Below the pieces are notes generated by a model. It saw only the letters and a list, made by a program, of their open reading frames with translations. It had not been told where the DNA came from and ran no database searches. Made by a program: the position numbers and the translations under genes. A stretch of 63,955 bases of DNA, filler included, from Perkinsus olseni (Eukaryota): NCBI GenBank assembly GCA_013115125.1. It is 3 parts of 3 records of this genome, joined end to end, with 100 filler letters (N's around TTAATTAATTAA, not from the genome) between each part and the next. Parts side by side here need not be neighbours in the genome. Positions count along the whole stretch, not along the records: positions 22,970 to 45,829 come from JABANN010000529.1; positions 45,930 to 63,955 come from JABANN010000625.1; 1 more part is not named here. One strand, written 5' to 3'. Each line of letters opens with the position of its first letter. The stretch's first letter is position 1. Positions 37,401 through 50,291 of the stretch are shown here, in pieces.

Positions 37401-38614
37401 CTTTGATTTTACGTGATGTATTCACGCTGCCTAGTAGTATTACTTGGCTCTCGTCATAAGCCGTCGCGAACGGTCGCTTTACTACAGCTCTGAGGCAGCA
37501 CCAATAGTCTGCACATGTTACTGCAGACTGTAAGCTGTGACCTCGGGGTCGTTGCTGCCGCTGCTGCCATTTTCTGCTGTAATTCATATAGTATCACTAC
37601 TTCTCTGTGGTTCGAGAATATGCCTTCTACTGCCGTCACAGGAATGTGGCGCTCAGATGTCCAGAACTGGATTACTTGGTGAGTCCCTTTCAGCCGGCAA
37701 GCTCATCGACGACTTGCTCTTAGGTAGAAACCATGATATTCTCGCCATCAACATCGTCCTGCATCGTGTAACAGTATACCAGAAGAGATCGTTCGTTATT
37801 ATTTCTCATCAAAATCAGCATCATCATTATCGCGAATACCTGAACAACAACCGCGTCATCTTAGAAATACTTTTTTGTTGCAAATCGTATTAGTCTTCTG
37901 CACTTCTTCTCAACGTTGGGAAGCTTGATAGAGTAACGCCTTGCCAGCCTTCCTGCCAGTCGGCCTATTCTAACCTGTTTACCTAACGTAATCTGTGCTG
38001 CTGCTCCTGCTTTGGCGTGCCCGAGAGGGGATTCGGCGATACTTGTAGACGTCTTGGATATGGTGATGATAATACCGTTTTGTGACCATTGCTATTATTA
38101 TTCAGTCCTCTTGCGTTCGTCCTATCGATTACATCTAGCACTTCATACATGAGTGGTGCTGGCTCGTGACTGGTCATCGTCAGTCGCACCCGTTATCGGA
38201 GGTGATTATTATCGTAGTAGAAACATTAGCAGCAGCCTGGTGAACTCTTGCCCCCTGCCGATCGTGAATGAGTGGGTACAGACCTACTTAGAGCAAAAGG
38301 CTTTGCTTATTGGTGCTAAACAACTATAGAGATAGTGTTGTGTCGACTTTGTCCATAATAATTTTCATATTCCAAGTGGTATTGTGACTGCTGCCGGCGG
38401 AGCTTCTACGGTTACCTCTCCTGTCGCTTTACCGAACTAGTGCCGCCATTGTAGCTACTGCTACTGATATTAGTAGTAACCGTTGCCTCCGCGATATGTG
38501 CCCGACTGCTAATTATAGAGGCCGGTCGACTACTACTCAGCTGCCCTACTCTGTTATCAATGCTTGTCTTGTGTTCATCAAGTGTTGTCAATATGATTAG
38601 CTAGTACCCCAAAA

Positions 38615-41372
38615 ATGGGAATAAACGGTTTGCTGAAGACACTGGATCAGCTTCAGCGGCCCGTATCCCAAGACCTGTCGGAGTACCGTGATAAGCGTAT
38701 CGCTGTGGACACGTACGTATGGTTGCATAGAGGCCTTCAGGCTGGGAATGCTGCCATGGACGTTGTTACTGGTACTCTGTGTTAAACTTAGTTTCGAACT
38801 ACGATAGCGCCAAGTTTCTATCAGGAAAGCCGACCAATCTGCACCTGAACTACTGCGTTCGACGGCTTGAAGTCCTTCTGTCCGCTGGTGTTGCTGAAGT
38901 CGTCCTCGTCTTCGACGGATGCCCCCTGCCCGCCAAATTAGGAGTAGAAGATGACCGAAAGAAGCGGCGCGAGGAGGTGAGCTCTCAACAATGTCTAGTC
39001 GTAGCAATGATACTGCTGAATCTTTGACGCTAATACGCTTCCTGCGACCTCAAGGGACGTCTACTGAACGATGGTGTCGTATAAAATGGTCATCACTTTC
39101 TATCAGGCACGCGAATTAGGCTTGGAGTATCGAAAAGCTGGCAATTACACAGCTGCTAGAAAGATGTTCACGCGGGCAGCCGACGTCACACCGGATATGG
39201 CTGCAGAGCTCATCTCGGTTGTCAGAGGTACGTGCAGCCGACTAAGTTTTCAGAGGGCCAAGTACCCTAGCCAGGTCGACAATTCGGCCCTCGAGTTCGA
39301 TGGCTTGTAGCACCATATGAAGCAGATTCACAGCTCGCGTACCTCGCTTTGAATGGGTGAGCGGGTCCTGAGTCGGTGCTGGTTGAGGCTCTCGCCAGCA
39401 GTCGAGAGCACTGCTCCGAAGGCTGTCATCTTCAAAATGAGGATAGGAAACAGCTCATTCGCTTATAGCCTACCGATTCCTAGAACCCCCCAGCGAGGTA
39501 AAGAACTCTTCAAGGATTGTGTATCTGCATAATACACGGACTTGTGAATCATAAGTTATGATACCGTCGCATCCAAGGAGGCCTCGCTGCATCCGGGTCC
39601 AAGTACCCGCCCTTGCCGCGTTCAATGACCGTTTCCAGTGTCAAATCGACCCCGAGGAAGTAACGCTTTTTCCAGGCTCGTTGATGCCGTGATATCGGAA
39701 GACTCCGACCTTCTCCCGTTCGGCTGCCCACACGTTATCTACAAGTTGGACCTCGTTGCAGGATCTGGGCGTAAGACATCAGGAGTATTCACGCTTAATC
39801 TTCCGGCCACTGCTCCGATCAGGCGGCGCAAAGTGCAGAGCTGGCGTGTCAATATCCCTGCCCAGGCGGATGCTGCCCGAGGCTGTCGCCAATGATGCGA
39901 GTCCTGTTGACCCTGATAACGAAGTCGGAGAGGGAGTTTGCCGGTTCAGCCGCGGTAGACTAAACCACGATGGCCTCAGCCGTCTTGAACCCTACTGCCC
40001 TCAGATTCTTTCCTTCACTATTGTGTTCTAGCCGGATGTGACTACTTACCTTCCGTTACTGGGATGGGGCCCAAGAAGGTGGGACCCTTCACTCAGCAGC
40101 GCCAATTTTCGGGCGGACAACGGTACCCCACAAACTTCTGGACAAACCCTGAACTGTCATGTGGCGACTTTCAGCTTCACTGTCATGCCGAAACTCGCGT
40201 GGCTCCGTAAGGCTCACGTCTCAGGAGGGGCATGGACTGACTGTCAGGCCTACGGATTTGTACTTCGCGGCGGTCCCAGCATCAGCCGTATAATGAACCT
40301 CGCTCAAATCGCTGGATTGGAGTTCCCGGAGGACTACGCTGATCTGTTCCAGCGTGCCCTCCTTACCTTCCGGCATCAAACCATTTGGTGTCCTGTGAGT
40401 CGGAAACTTCGGCCCCTTCTCGACATTAACGAGGAAGTGCATTACCCCACAGAAACACGACAGTTCTGGGGGAAGTAACTACCCTGATTATCGAGGAGTC
40501 GGGAGCACATTCATGGCCGATCTCAGACTTTATTCGAATCCCGAAGCGGAACGAGTAGCGGATGGCATTCTACACCCCGAAACCAAAATGGCCTTTCAAA
40601 TCAAGAGTACCGCACCCACCCGTGCTGCACACGTTCGCCCCGCCAGATGGACGCAGGTAAGCAGGGTTGCAAACTGCGGGTGCATGATCTGCGTCCTGCC
40701 TCTGGGACAGGGGCCTGTTGTTGCTTTTAGCAGCGCCGTCAGTCAACCCAGAACCGGCGCAGCTCTGTGGCTTCGACTGCTCGACCACCAGCCCGTCGGC
40801 GAAGTCCCTTGGCGACACTCTTCAAAGCGTGCGAACAAGGCAGGTGGAGCGAAGCATCGGCCCCGTCCAAGCGTGATATCGACGTTATCGATCTCGACGA
40901 GGATAGTAGCGACCAACAGCCTACAAAGAAAAGGAAAACATCGGAGGGATCGCGCAGCGGGAAAAAGTGCTCTCATGATCTGCGTAGGTCTGCCAATGGA
41001 TCTCCGCGGGGGCCGTACTGGCCTGTGTGAAGTAATGCAGGTTGTGAGCGATGTGTCCGATTCCAAGTCGCCGTTTATTTCTGAGAAGAGCTCGCGAGTC
41101 TCTCTGCCCGTTTACAACACCAGTGAGAAGGGCCAAGGCCGCTCGCCAAGGAGCCTTCCGGATGCCCTGAGTAAGATTGTCCGCATCTTAGAGTGGTTGC
41201 ATTCCCCAGCGAGGAAGAATGATGGTAAATTGAGCGAGATTCAGTGGCATCTGCATCCCCGATACGATACTAGTGGTCACCTTGTCAGGCGAGGTGTCGA
41301 ACGTGCCTGGGGCTTCCCATAGAGCCGCAGACTCAGTTTCGAAGGTCACAGTCTACCGGACGGACTCGCTAG
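38615..41372 (+). CDS. EXO1: Exonuclease 1 (XPG/FEN1 family); 3' end approximate
   Basis: MGINGLL..IAVDTYVWLHRG, VFDGCPLPAK, VAPYEADSQLAYL, ISEDSDLLPFGC, GCDYLP, FQRALLTFRHQ. Confidence 0.92.
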
Positions 41373-41671
41373 ATGAATTCCGGAACCCGGATGAGAAGCC
41401 GAAGTACCTTCACCTTCTCTTTTCTGCTGGGTCCTAACATTCTAGTAGTATCAGGTCCGCAAATCCTGTGGAACTGCCGCGGTCAGAGCGGTGTGCTCGG
41501 AACAGTCGCGCGTCTTTCCCTAGCAGTCTGGCAGAGTTCTTCTACAGGGAAGACTAAATCAATTTTATTATCTGTTTCATGAAGGCAGAAGCATGTGCAC
41601 CAGTAAACTCGATCCGTTGCTTGTTTCGTTGCATGACGATCCGGGTCGCCACACCAGCTTTTCCGCTCATC

Positions 41672-43626
41672 ATGGAAAGAGCCGCTATTGTCGCCGAGCA
41701 CGTATCCCCTGCTCATCACAAGGTGCTCACTCTTGTGGGCGGCGGCAACTCAGGCCATGTCTGTGCATCCTTGATCCACGGCAACACTGATGGCCGAGTG
41801 AGTTCGAACGGCAGTCCAGCACCGTTCGTACCATGAAGTCCACTCAGGTCCGTGTCCAGCTGTTGACTTCCAAACCGGAGGCGTGGACCAGCACACCGGT
41901 GGCCCGTTTCCCCGATGGAAGTACGGTCGGGTATTTTCTTTGGAAACAGTCGGATTTAAAGTCGTTACGAGCACTCTGCTTTCGCAGCCGCCCACCGTAC
42001 TCCGTAAAATATCTGTCTTGTAGCCTCCCAAGAAGGCCTGATCGACAAAGTGTCTTCGGATCCCGGCGAGGTTCTGCCAAACGCTGATATAGTCCTGTGG
42101 ACTGGCCCAGTCAGCGCCACCAGGGAGGTAAGCTACCAGGGGGCTGAGCCGGTCCGGCTCGATCCCGTTTATCCCCGTTTGCAGGCTTTTGAGATGATGA
42201 AGCCCTTCGTTAATCCTGGACGCACGGTAGTCGGTACCATTTTCGCCCAGGGCCTCGTCCACGTCTTGGCACACAGGGTCTTCGGACCCGAGGTGAAGTG
42301 AGCCTATCCGTTATCGTGGCCCACCCATCCACGAAGTTCGAACCCCACCTCGGTAGATTTTTCGCTCTCCGCAACATTCCTTGGCTGTGCCGTACAGTCA
42401 GCCTAGGCCGAGAATGCGAGATAGTCGGACCGAAATCGAGTAATGCGAACCAGTCCGCTCAGCGCTGAACGGTGATCCATGCAGGCATCGAATGTGCCGT
42501 CATAAATCTGACCCCACAATGGGTGCACGATACTATTCAGCCGCTCTTCGCGGTCCGCTGGGCTGGTAAACGGGCGGACTTAGCTTCTGCAAAGGGCCTC
42601 ATGTGCCCTCCACCAGGTCGTTCCGAGCCGACCATCCAGGTGATGGAGGACTTCTGTCCAATCGTGTTCAACCCGGCCAATCAAATCATCCATCCGGCCA
42701 CGTACGGCTTGCTCTACTTCCCACGGTCTATCGTCGCTTCGCTGTAGATACTGGGGCCTGTTCAGGAAGTGGAAACCCGGCAAGAACCTTAAGGGGGAGT
42801 CTCGCCCCAGGGCCTGGCTGTGAGAGGTTGACTATCTCCTGCTCCTGTATACCAGGTCCGCAGTTACCGCGACATGGACGAGCTTAGTGGCCAAATCCTT
42901 GAGGCGATGGATGAAGAGCTGCAGGACATCAAGACGGCCTTCTTCGGAGCGACCGGTGGCGGGCTTTCTGAAGTTCACACAATGCCTAACTGTCACCCCA
43001 CACTCAGGACACGCGTCTTGCTTGCAAGTTCTGAGGTTGAGGGATAGGCTCTTGCTACAGTATGGAGATCAGATCAAAGACAAGAGCACCCTGGCTAGGA
43101 TGGTTGGCACCAATCAGGCTTACTCGATGGCCCGGACCCCGGTGATCGAGACAGACGGGGTACGATCTATCAGAGCTCCCAGTCGATGTGCACATGGTGG
43201 CTCAGGGCGTCGCGCCGAATCCTGCACATCGAGTGGTTGTGGACGACATCGGGTGGGGTCTCTGTGTAAGCGGCCCTTCATGCGCATGATTGATGAAGCT
43301 CCCCTCGCATGCTTAGCGCCGCAGGTACTAGTCTCAATTGGTGAGCGCCTTGGGGTGGCAACCACAGTCATGAAAATGATGATTGAGTGGCACCAGCGAA
43401 TGATGGGAAAGGAGTTCCTTGTTAATGAAAAACTTTGCGGCCGAGATTGCGCCGAGCTAGTAGGTTGCCAGGCGCCCATGCCTGTCGCTTTCGTCCGCCG
43501 CAGGTCCTTCTGGAGAAAGAAGACCCTCTCGAGCTCGTGGCGACGGTGCCTCCGCCGACGAGATACTCTCGCCGCCGCCATCAGCGGTCACCTGGGTCGA
43601 CGGTTGAGGCCAACACTACTCTGTGA
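41672..43626 (+). CDS. Opine dehydrogenase (NAD/NADP octopine/nopaline dehydrogenase family)
   Basis: GGGNSGH Rossmann motif, IPWLCR, NPANQIIHPA, LEAMDEEL, HRVVVDDIGWGL, MIEWHQRMMGKEF. Confidence 0.88.
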
Positions 43627-44104
43627 TCAAAACCGCACGTTCAATTTTTTGTTTGCAACCGAGATTTGTGGTTGCCTTCCGGCGTCCACCTGAGTTCGAG
43701 TCTCGTTAGACAGAATTCGACAGCTTGTATATTGGCTCAATTGCGAAAGCTTCTCATGACAAATACCTCAACTTTCTTTCATGTACACGCTAAGAGAGTC
43801 TCTATGCGCCTTTGAGTCTGTTGCGTTGCAGTACGGGGGAGCAAACAAATCATCTCATAGTGGCATCAGATCTCGAATGATTTGATGCTGGATGCGATCC
43901 GATTCGAGAGCTGGTGAAGCACTATCAAGAGGCAACCACATAGTACATGGAATGGCTGCACTCGCGGATGTGGAGATAGGACGGCAGAATGCCATCTCAA
44001 TGTCTACCGGTCACGGAGTTGTGCAGCCCCCAGTACCCTGATGCATAGTGGTGGCATGCAATGAACGCCGTTTGGCTCCGACAGGATATTCAGGGTCCCA
44101 CTCC

Positions 44105-44325
44105 TTGTGTATGAGGTTGAAGTCCATCGCCGACAGTACGGCTTAGTTAGGCCAGCACCGATGTATCATTTGAGGGGGATTGGTTCAGCCCGTTTAATAG
44201 GCTCTGTTCATCAAGCCAAGAATTTTGCTCTCAGAGCGGGGCCATCGTCAGCCGGGACGTCCTTTCCTCCCGGCAGAATCTGCTTCAATAGCTGCGGAGG
44301 CTGTGCACGACCCCGAAACACTAGC
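44105..44325 (+). repeat. Decayed coding repeat, copy A
   Basis: Aligns by eye with the reverse complement of 49560-49772. Both copies encode FLPAES..AA..VHD.E. Confidence 0.7.
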
Positions 44326-45154
44326 GCTTCTCACAGTGTATCCACCACAAGCATCATCTCCGAGACGCGAGAAGCTTAGACTCCCTCTAACCGAGGGCTA
44401 CCCCTCCCACCCCGTACTGGTCACACTTTCAACGGTTGAAATTCAACCTGTGCACCATGGGAAATTGATCGAGGCAGGTCAATTCCGATCTCGGAACTGC
44501 GCAAGTGCAAGTGCGTTTTTGCCGGTGTATGCAATGAGATCGGATTAGTCTCGCACCAGGAGAGTCCGTCTCTTCCGTATTGTGAGTATTGGTCCCCTTC
44601 GGTGTGCATCAAAAAGGGCGACCGAATCGTCACGGAGAAATTCTTATAAGTCCTTGATTGAAGGACGTGCCTCGAAGGAGGACGCTCGATGGCAGTTGCA
44701 TCAGTAGAATTCCGGGGCCTCATTGAAGCACTCCCTTTTCCGTACCGTCGTCCTCGTTAGTACTCGTTAGTTTGACTAGCATTCCTGCGAAAGGGTCCGT
44801 GTTGTACACGAAGGATGGTTCTCCGTTGGAAGCTTGATCATTCAAGGAGTGGAACTTGGGCAGTGGAGGAACTGTCCCTTACTCTGGGGTTGGACGAGCT
44901 ACCCGGAAAAATTGCCTAACAAAACCTCCGGGTGACTGAGGGTGGGCAGACACTCGACCAGCTCGGAGTATGCATTCTTCAATGATACCGACATGATGTG
45001 AGTAACAATGTGTTGATCATTAACATATAAGGTTCGACAGTCTGCTGGTGTACAACGAATAAGCCCACCTCCGCACTAGCTTCAGTGGCAAGCGCTTGCT
45101 TCGAACTCGCCTTGCACCGCTCGACACTTCGCGAATAAAAAGCACTTGAGTAGG

Positions 45155-45197
45155 CCCCAGATCGGAAGATTGTCCGTTAGAATCGGGCCGGGATCAC
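45155..45197 (+). pseudogene. Degenerate 3' half of tRNA-Trp
   Basis: CCAGATCGGAAGATTGTCCGTTAGAATCGGGCCGGGATCA, one array period upstream of the full copy. Confidence 0.7.
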
Positions 45198-45286
45198 AAA
45201 CCTAGCTTCCGGCCGGTTAGTTGGGATCCAGTGACACGAACATCACCTGTCTCTCGCCTCACGGACGGGTCAGAACTGGTCAGTTC

Positions 45287-45358
45287 GGTATTGTGGCGCA
45301 ACGGTAGCGCATCTGACTCCAGATCAGAAGGTTGTCCGTTCGAATCGGGCCGGGGTCA
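45287..45358 (+). tRNA. tRNA-Trp(CCA) with a weak acceptor stem (possibly pseudo)
   Basis: 72 nt with intact D, anticodon (CCA at 45319-45321) and T arms. Acceptor GGTATTG/CGGGGTC has one A-G mismatch and four G-U pairs. Confidence 0.8.
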
Positions 45359-45448
45359 TATATATAGCGTCGGGCCTGCCACTTGAGATTCAGTCACTCA
45401 ACCAGGATTTGTGACTCGCCTCGCGAACGGGTCGAAATTGACCAGTTC

Positions 45449-45738
45449 GGCCCTGTGGCGCAACGGTAGCTCATCTGACTCCAGATCAGAAGGCGAATTG
45501 TAAGGGAATATTGTCTGTCTATCGTCAGTATCTATTATCAGGGCGTGCGCATTAGTCGTCAGATGTTGAGACGTATCAGTCTCTCAGTCTCCCCATTGAT
45601 TTCCCTATTATCCCATCTCATTATGCCGCCCACTCCTAGTAATGCCAGCAGTGTTGAGTCGGGTAGTTCGGCACGCCTGGACGAGGAGTTCCCGGAAACA
45701 CTACAAGCTTTGTTGTCCGTTCGAATCGGGCGGGGGCA
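45449..45738 (+). pseudogene. tRNA-Trp(CCA) split by a 219-bp insertion
   Basis: 5' part is 45449-45493. The 3' part TTGTCCGTTCGAATCGGGCGGGGGCA resumes at 45713 and is followed by the same downstream spacer (TATATAGCGTC). Confidence 0.8.
45499..45705 (+). mobile_element. 207-bp TGTA...TACA-bounded segment (solo-LTR-like)
   Basis: Starts TGTAAG and ends ACTACA. The flanks CGAAT/AGCTT are not a matching TSD. Confidence 0.4.
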
Positions 45739-45829
45739 TATATATAGCGTCTGGCCCTATTAACGGCAGGTGTTCCGCTCCCTTGAGGGTTGTCAGACAT
45801 TGACTGAACCCAACAGTTCAGAACTTGAG

Positions 45830-45929
45830 NNNNNNNNNNNNNNNNNNNNNNNNNNNNNNNNNNNNNNNNNNNNTTAATTAATTAANNNNNNNNNNNNNNN
45901 NNNNNNNNNNNNNNNNNNNNNNNNNNNNN
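45830..45929. other. Assembly gap with an artificial linker
   Basis: N44-TTAATTAATTAA-N44. Confidence 0.97.
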
Positions 45930-46000
45930 CCTCAAACACGTAGTATGTGCTGAATTAGACTGATTTTTGTGATTTGCATATCGAATTGGAACACCCTGTA
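45930..46000. mobile_element. Tc1/mariner-type TIR end
   Basis: Reverse complement reads TA|CAGGGTGTTCCAATTCGATATGCAAATC. Confidence 0.6.
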
Positions 46001-46308
46001 TTTGGTGGAAAGGTTCTTCTTGGTAGAACTCGGCTGGTAAGCCTCATAACACAACCACTAATGCCGAATAAGGCTGTTTCCGTGGGTCATGCACACACAA
46101 CGTCGGACGTCTCAGTCCACCCAAAGGAGTCATGCGTCGGTCCGAGCCAGTGAGACTCGTGTCCACGCCAACTATCCCTACGAATAGCACTCGCTGGTAC
46201 TCATGCACTGGGACGAACAACTCAACAAAAGGTAGCTCGAAACTCTTCCTAGAAACATTCGAATAACTTAAGAGGGAAATCAGGAGTAGCATAGACACCC
46301 AAAGACAT

Positions 46309-49300
46309 CTAATGCTCAGAGAGCGTATCAATCCAGTTCTCGGAGGGCCTTCTTCGCTCACCAACTGCAGCCTTCTCCACTTGCTCAGCGAGGGCGAGGC
46401 ATTCATCATCCTTCCATTGTGGGCACATCACCTAAGGAGATAGGAAATCTCCGTGGTTCCCTCTCCACGGAAATAGCACTGCGAGTGGAGCGCGAACTTC
46501 GCGACGTTTAAACGAGAACTCACCAGCAGGCCGATCGGCATCCCTTCAGCATCGTACCCCACAGGCACAGTAATGGATGGGAAACCCAAAAAGTTGGTAG
46601 GCCAGATGTAGCGCATCATCTTAACGATGAGCGGCGAGTCGGAGATACCTGACAGGGGCTAGGCTACACATAGGTGCGAATCACACGGAGCCCTCACCGT
46701 GGGCCTTGGAGTCCTCAGTGATAGGGATGGACGTCAGCGGCAATGTTGGCATGACTATCGCGTCCACTTTGTCGAACACAGCCGTCCTGAGGCAGAACAG
46801 CGTCGCTTGTAGAAAAGTAGGAGTCGTAGGCGCGCGTGATAACAGTGACATCTGAGTAGGGCGCTTTAACGTCACGCAACAACTAAAAAGGCGGGCCAAT
46901 TATTGTGCAGTGTAGAGGCAATTCCTACATAACGTGAGTGGGATGAGAAGCTCCTGTTGAGGTTACCATTGCTCCATAGACCATCCCTTCAGCCTGTCCA
47001 TGGCTAGCTTCTCCACTGCTGTGATATCTCGCCCAATACCAAGTTGAATCTGAACGAAACTCACCATGAAGGCCCGCAGTCGGCCAAAGGAAGCCCCTCA
47101 CCTGCGAGCCTGGCTCCAATCGAGGAATTATTTCGTAGTCAAGGACCTTGGCAAACTCGGCACTTATCGTCAGCGCTGAGAACAAAAATGATGCGCTTGA
47201 AAAAGTCCTGCCGACTCACCGTGGGACAAAGCTTGGGCTCCCATGTTGGGCATGGTAAAGTTGTAGACGCTCCACCGCAGCGCACCCAGTGTCCGCTCGA
47301 ACGCCTATCGCGGATGAATATCTCACTGCAGCGAATACTCGGCTGGCTTACCCTGTAGACCTCAGGATCGCTGTTATGCACCCAGTCCTGGAAAACTCCC
47401 ACAGTGACCTTCCGGCCCAGCTGTGGACTGGTGAGGGCATGTAGATGGACCGCTGGTCGCCCGTCGGGGCCATAGAGACGATCGTAGATATGAGGAACTG
47501 ATGAGGGGATTGAGCGACTCAGAACGATCGGCTGGGGGTACCTTCGTGTTTAGTGTTTCCGATGACTCTGAGTACATGCGCTGCATCAGCCACAGTAGCT
47601 GCGATCGGACCGCAATGGATGGTGGAAAACACGGGGGTGCTGCCAGTTTCAAAGTTGACCTGATAGAGGATTCCCTAGGGCGCTCTCACAGTGGTATCAG
47701 GAGGAGTACCCGTCCAAAGGTGGGAGCCAAACCAACCACGCCGGACCAGGATGAAGGTATGCGGATCGATCCACCACCGTCAAAGCCAATCGCGAACGGG
47801 ACCTGGACACAGGGCAAGTCCTGGTCAAAAACAGAAGGAACAAAGAGCGGCTTACCAATCCCGCGGCTACAGCTGTGGCACTTCCACTAGAACTACCTCC
47901 GGTGAAGTAGGAGGTGTTGAAGGCATTCAACGGTCCTTGATACCAACCTGAAGATACTCCAAAATCCTCTACTAGGTGAGGACATCAACCTTACTGTTGT
48001 AGCCCAGCGGGGACACGCCGTACTCATGCATGGTAGTCGTGCCCAGTAAAATGGCTCCGGCATCTAGGAGGGCTTGTACCACAGGGTCGCTCTCTTTCTC
48101 CTGCGCCAGGGTGAAGCAATGAACGATGAAGGCCGTCAAGGAGCACATCACTCACCGCCTTGGGTTTACCCGGGAGGGGGGCCTCGGGGTTGGTGCCGAG
48201 CAAGTTGGGAAGACCTTTGATCTACACCGAATACACAGCGCCTCTGGCTGGCTTAGCAAATCCTCTTCGACTCACCTTTATCTCATCCTTCACAGCAAAG
48301 GGGACCCCATCGAGCATAGACAGCGGCTTCCCTTCGGCGAATCTCCTCTCACTAGCCGTGGCCATCGACATGATCACGGACTCCGGTAGGAGATCTTGGA
48401 TGGCCTTGATGGTCGGGTTTAACTCTGCCACGGCTGCCAGTACGCGCTGAGATGGAGCACTCCAGAGCCGCAATAAAAAGCGACCAAACTCACCTTGATG
48501 ACCTGGGTAGGGGTTCGGTCACCAGAGACGTATAACCTGTGGTAGTCCTCGACGGTGTGGTATGGGTATTTACTACTGTCCAGCTGGCTGAGGTACTGCG
48601 TCGGATTCTGAACATCATCGCGATACTTCGCAAAAATCGAAGCCCCTTTCTGATGCTAAGAAGGGAAGCGTTCAATAAACCTTCCCCGGATTTCAGGAAC
48701 CATCATAACGATCCTGGGACCGCTGTTCAAACCCGAGTGAGGCAGTCTATCGAACACCCGGACTGCATCCACCGTTTTTACCTCTGCAAGCTGAGCACGC
48801 TCCTCGTCAGCATATTTTTGTGCAGCCTTGAAGTGATCATCGCCTAACTTACAGTTCAGTAACGACGCCTCCACAGCAAACCTACTCAGTCTTCGAATGG
48901 GCATGTCCAGAGAGGGTATCCTCTTGTCCACTTGCAGGGACAGTTGCCGCAGTGTTTCCGGCTAACACAAAAGCGTCATACTCGGACGGTCGAGACGAAG
49001 ACCTACATGATTGCTATTGAGCAGAGCCCTTCTGATAATACGACCACCTCTCCATTGGCCTAGTATCCAGGCCAGCACCTGAGCAGCTCGCTAGAAGTAT
49101 GCTACTCGCACACGACCAACCCACCTGGAGCTTCGTCCCTGACGCAGAGGGCGCGACAATATCTTTCACATCATAACCACCCTCGCCCAGGACGGGTACT
49201 GGACCGGTGAGATCGTATAGCACCTAATAACCATGGCGGAAGACGATTCTTGTAAGATCAGCTGCACCCCCCTCGCTGTACCATATCGCCCGTCAAAAAG

Positions 49301-49368
49301 CCGAACAGGCCGATGACCAGCGCGATCACGAAGCCACAGAAGCTGCACTTGGTGACGAAAGATGCCAT
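46309..49368 (-). CDS. Amidase-signature enzyme, fatty-acid amide hydrolase-like, with a hydrophobic N-terminus
   Basis: [69 protein letters not shown]-terminus is [25 protein letters not shown]. Confidence 0.92.
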
Positions 49369-49559
49369 TTTGTCAGTCGAAAAAATCCTGCGTGAAGGTT
49401 GTCCCCGTGCAGCTACGACATCGCCTCCAGCGTCTTCGGCAAGCCACTCGAGTCACTGCAAAATCACGTTCGGTGCGGCTAGGCTCTGTCAGAGCCGCTC
49501 TGATCAACGAGGAGTCTCCGCGGACATACACGACCTCTCTAACTTTATCATGGTCACCC

Positions 49560-49772
49560 CTTCGTGGTCGTGCACAGACCCCGCAGCAGTGAGAACGGAT
49601 TCTGCCGGGAGAAAAAGACGTTCCCGGCTGACGATGACCTCGCTGTGAGTGAAACATTCCTTGGCTCGATGGACCGGGCTATCTAACAAGGTGAACTGAT
49701 CCCCCATTGAGAGGTTCATCGGTGCCAGTCTAACTTAGCCGTATGGTAGGCGTTGGCCTTCAAACTCACACA
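49560..49772 (-). repeat. Decayed coding repeat, copy B
   Basis: Homologous to 44105-44325 in inverted orientation, with an in-frame stop (RLPYG*VRLAPM). Confidence 0.7.
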
Positions 49773-50291
49773 AAATTTTGTTGTGTACAGTGTGCCCCAA
49801 ATGAAAAATGTAAATGACATCTATCGTAACACAAAATGATATGCTTACGATTCTGCCGTGGCTGAGGTTCAACCTAAGATTCCTAGGTTCTGAACTATTG
49901 ATACCACAGGAAACTGATTCCCATCCTGGCCGAGTCAGCGAGCCCTGAGTACACCCGCCAGAAAGCACAGTCGCACCTTCTTGGGATCCCGTTTTCAAAC
50001 ACTGCCTCGCCACTGCACGGAAATTACCTCTATGGTCGCTCCTGCTTCCCCGATATGAATCCATCAGAATAGCAATAGAGCGGTTCATTGCCCTACACTA
50101 CTACCTAGAGGTGAAACTACCGCGAAACTCCCGGGAAGGCTCGCAACCTGCGTGACGAAGAGCTACTCCATGCCGGACTTAACTGGGACACAACGCAAAT
50201 GGCCATCGAAATGCATCTTAGAAACTACCACAACGCCATCATAACAGCAATCCGTTTCACCACCACCGGACGCCGTCGGTCGCCAAAGTCA

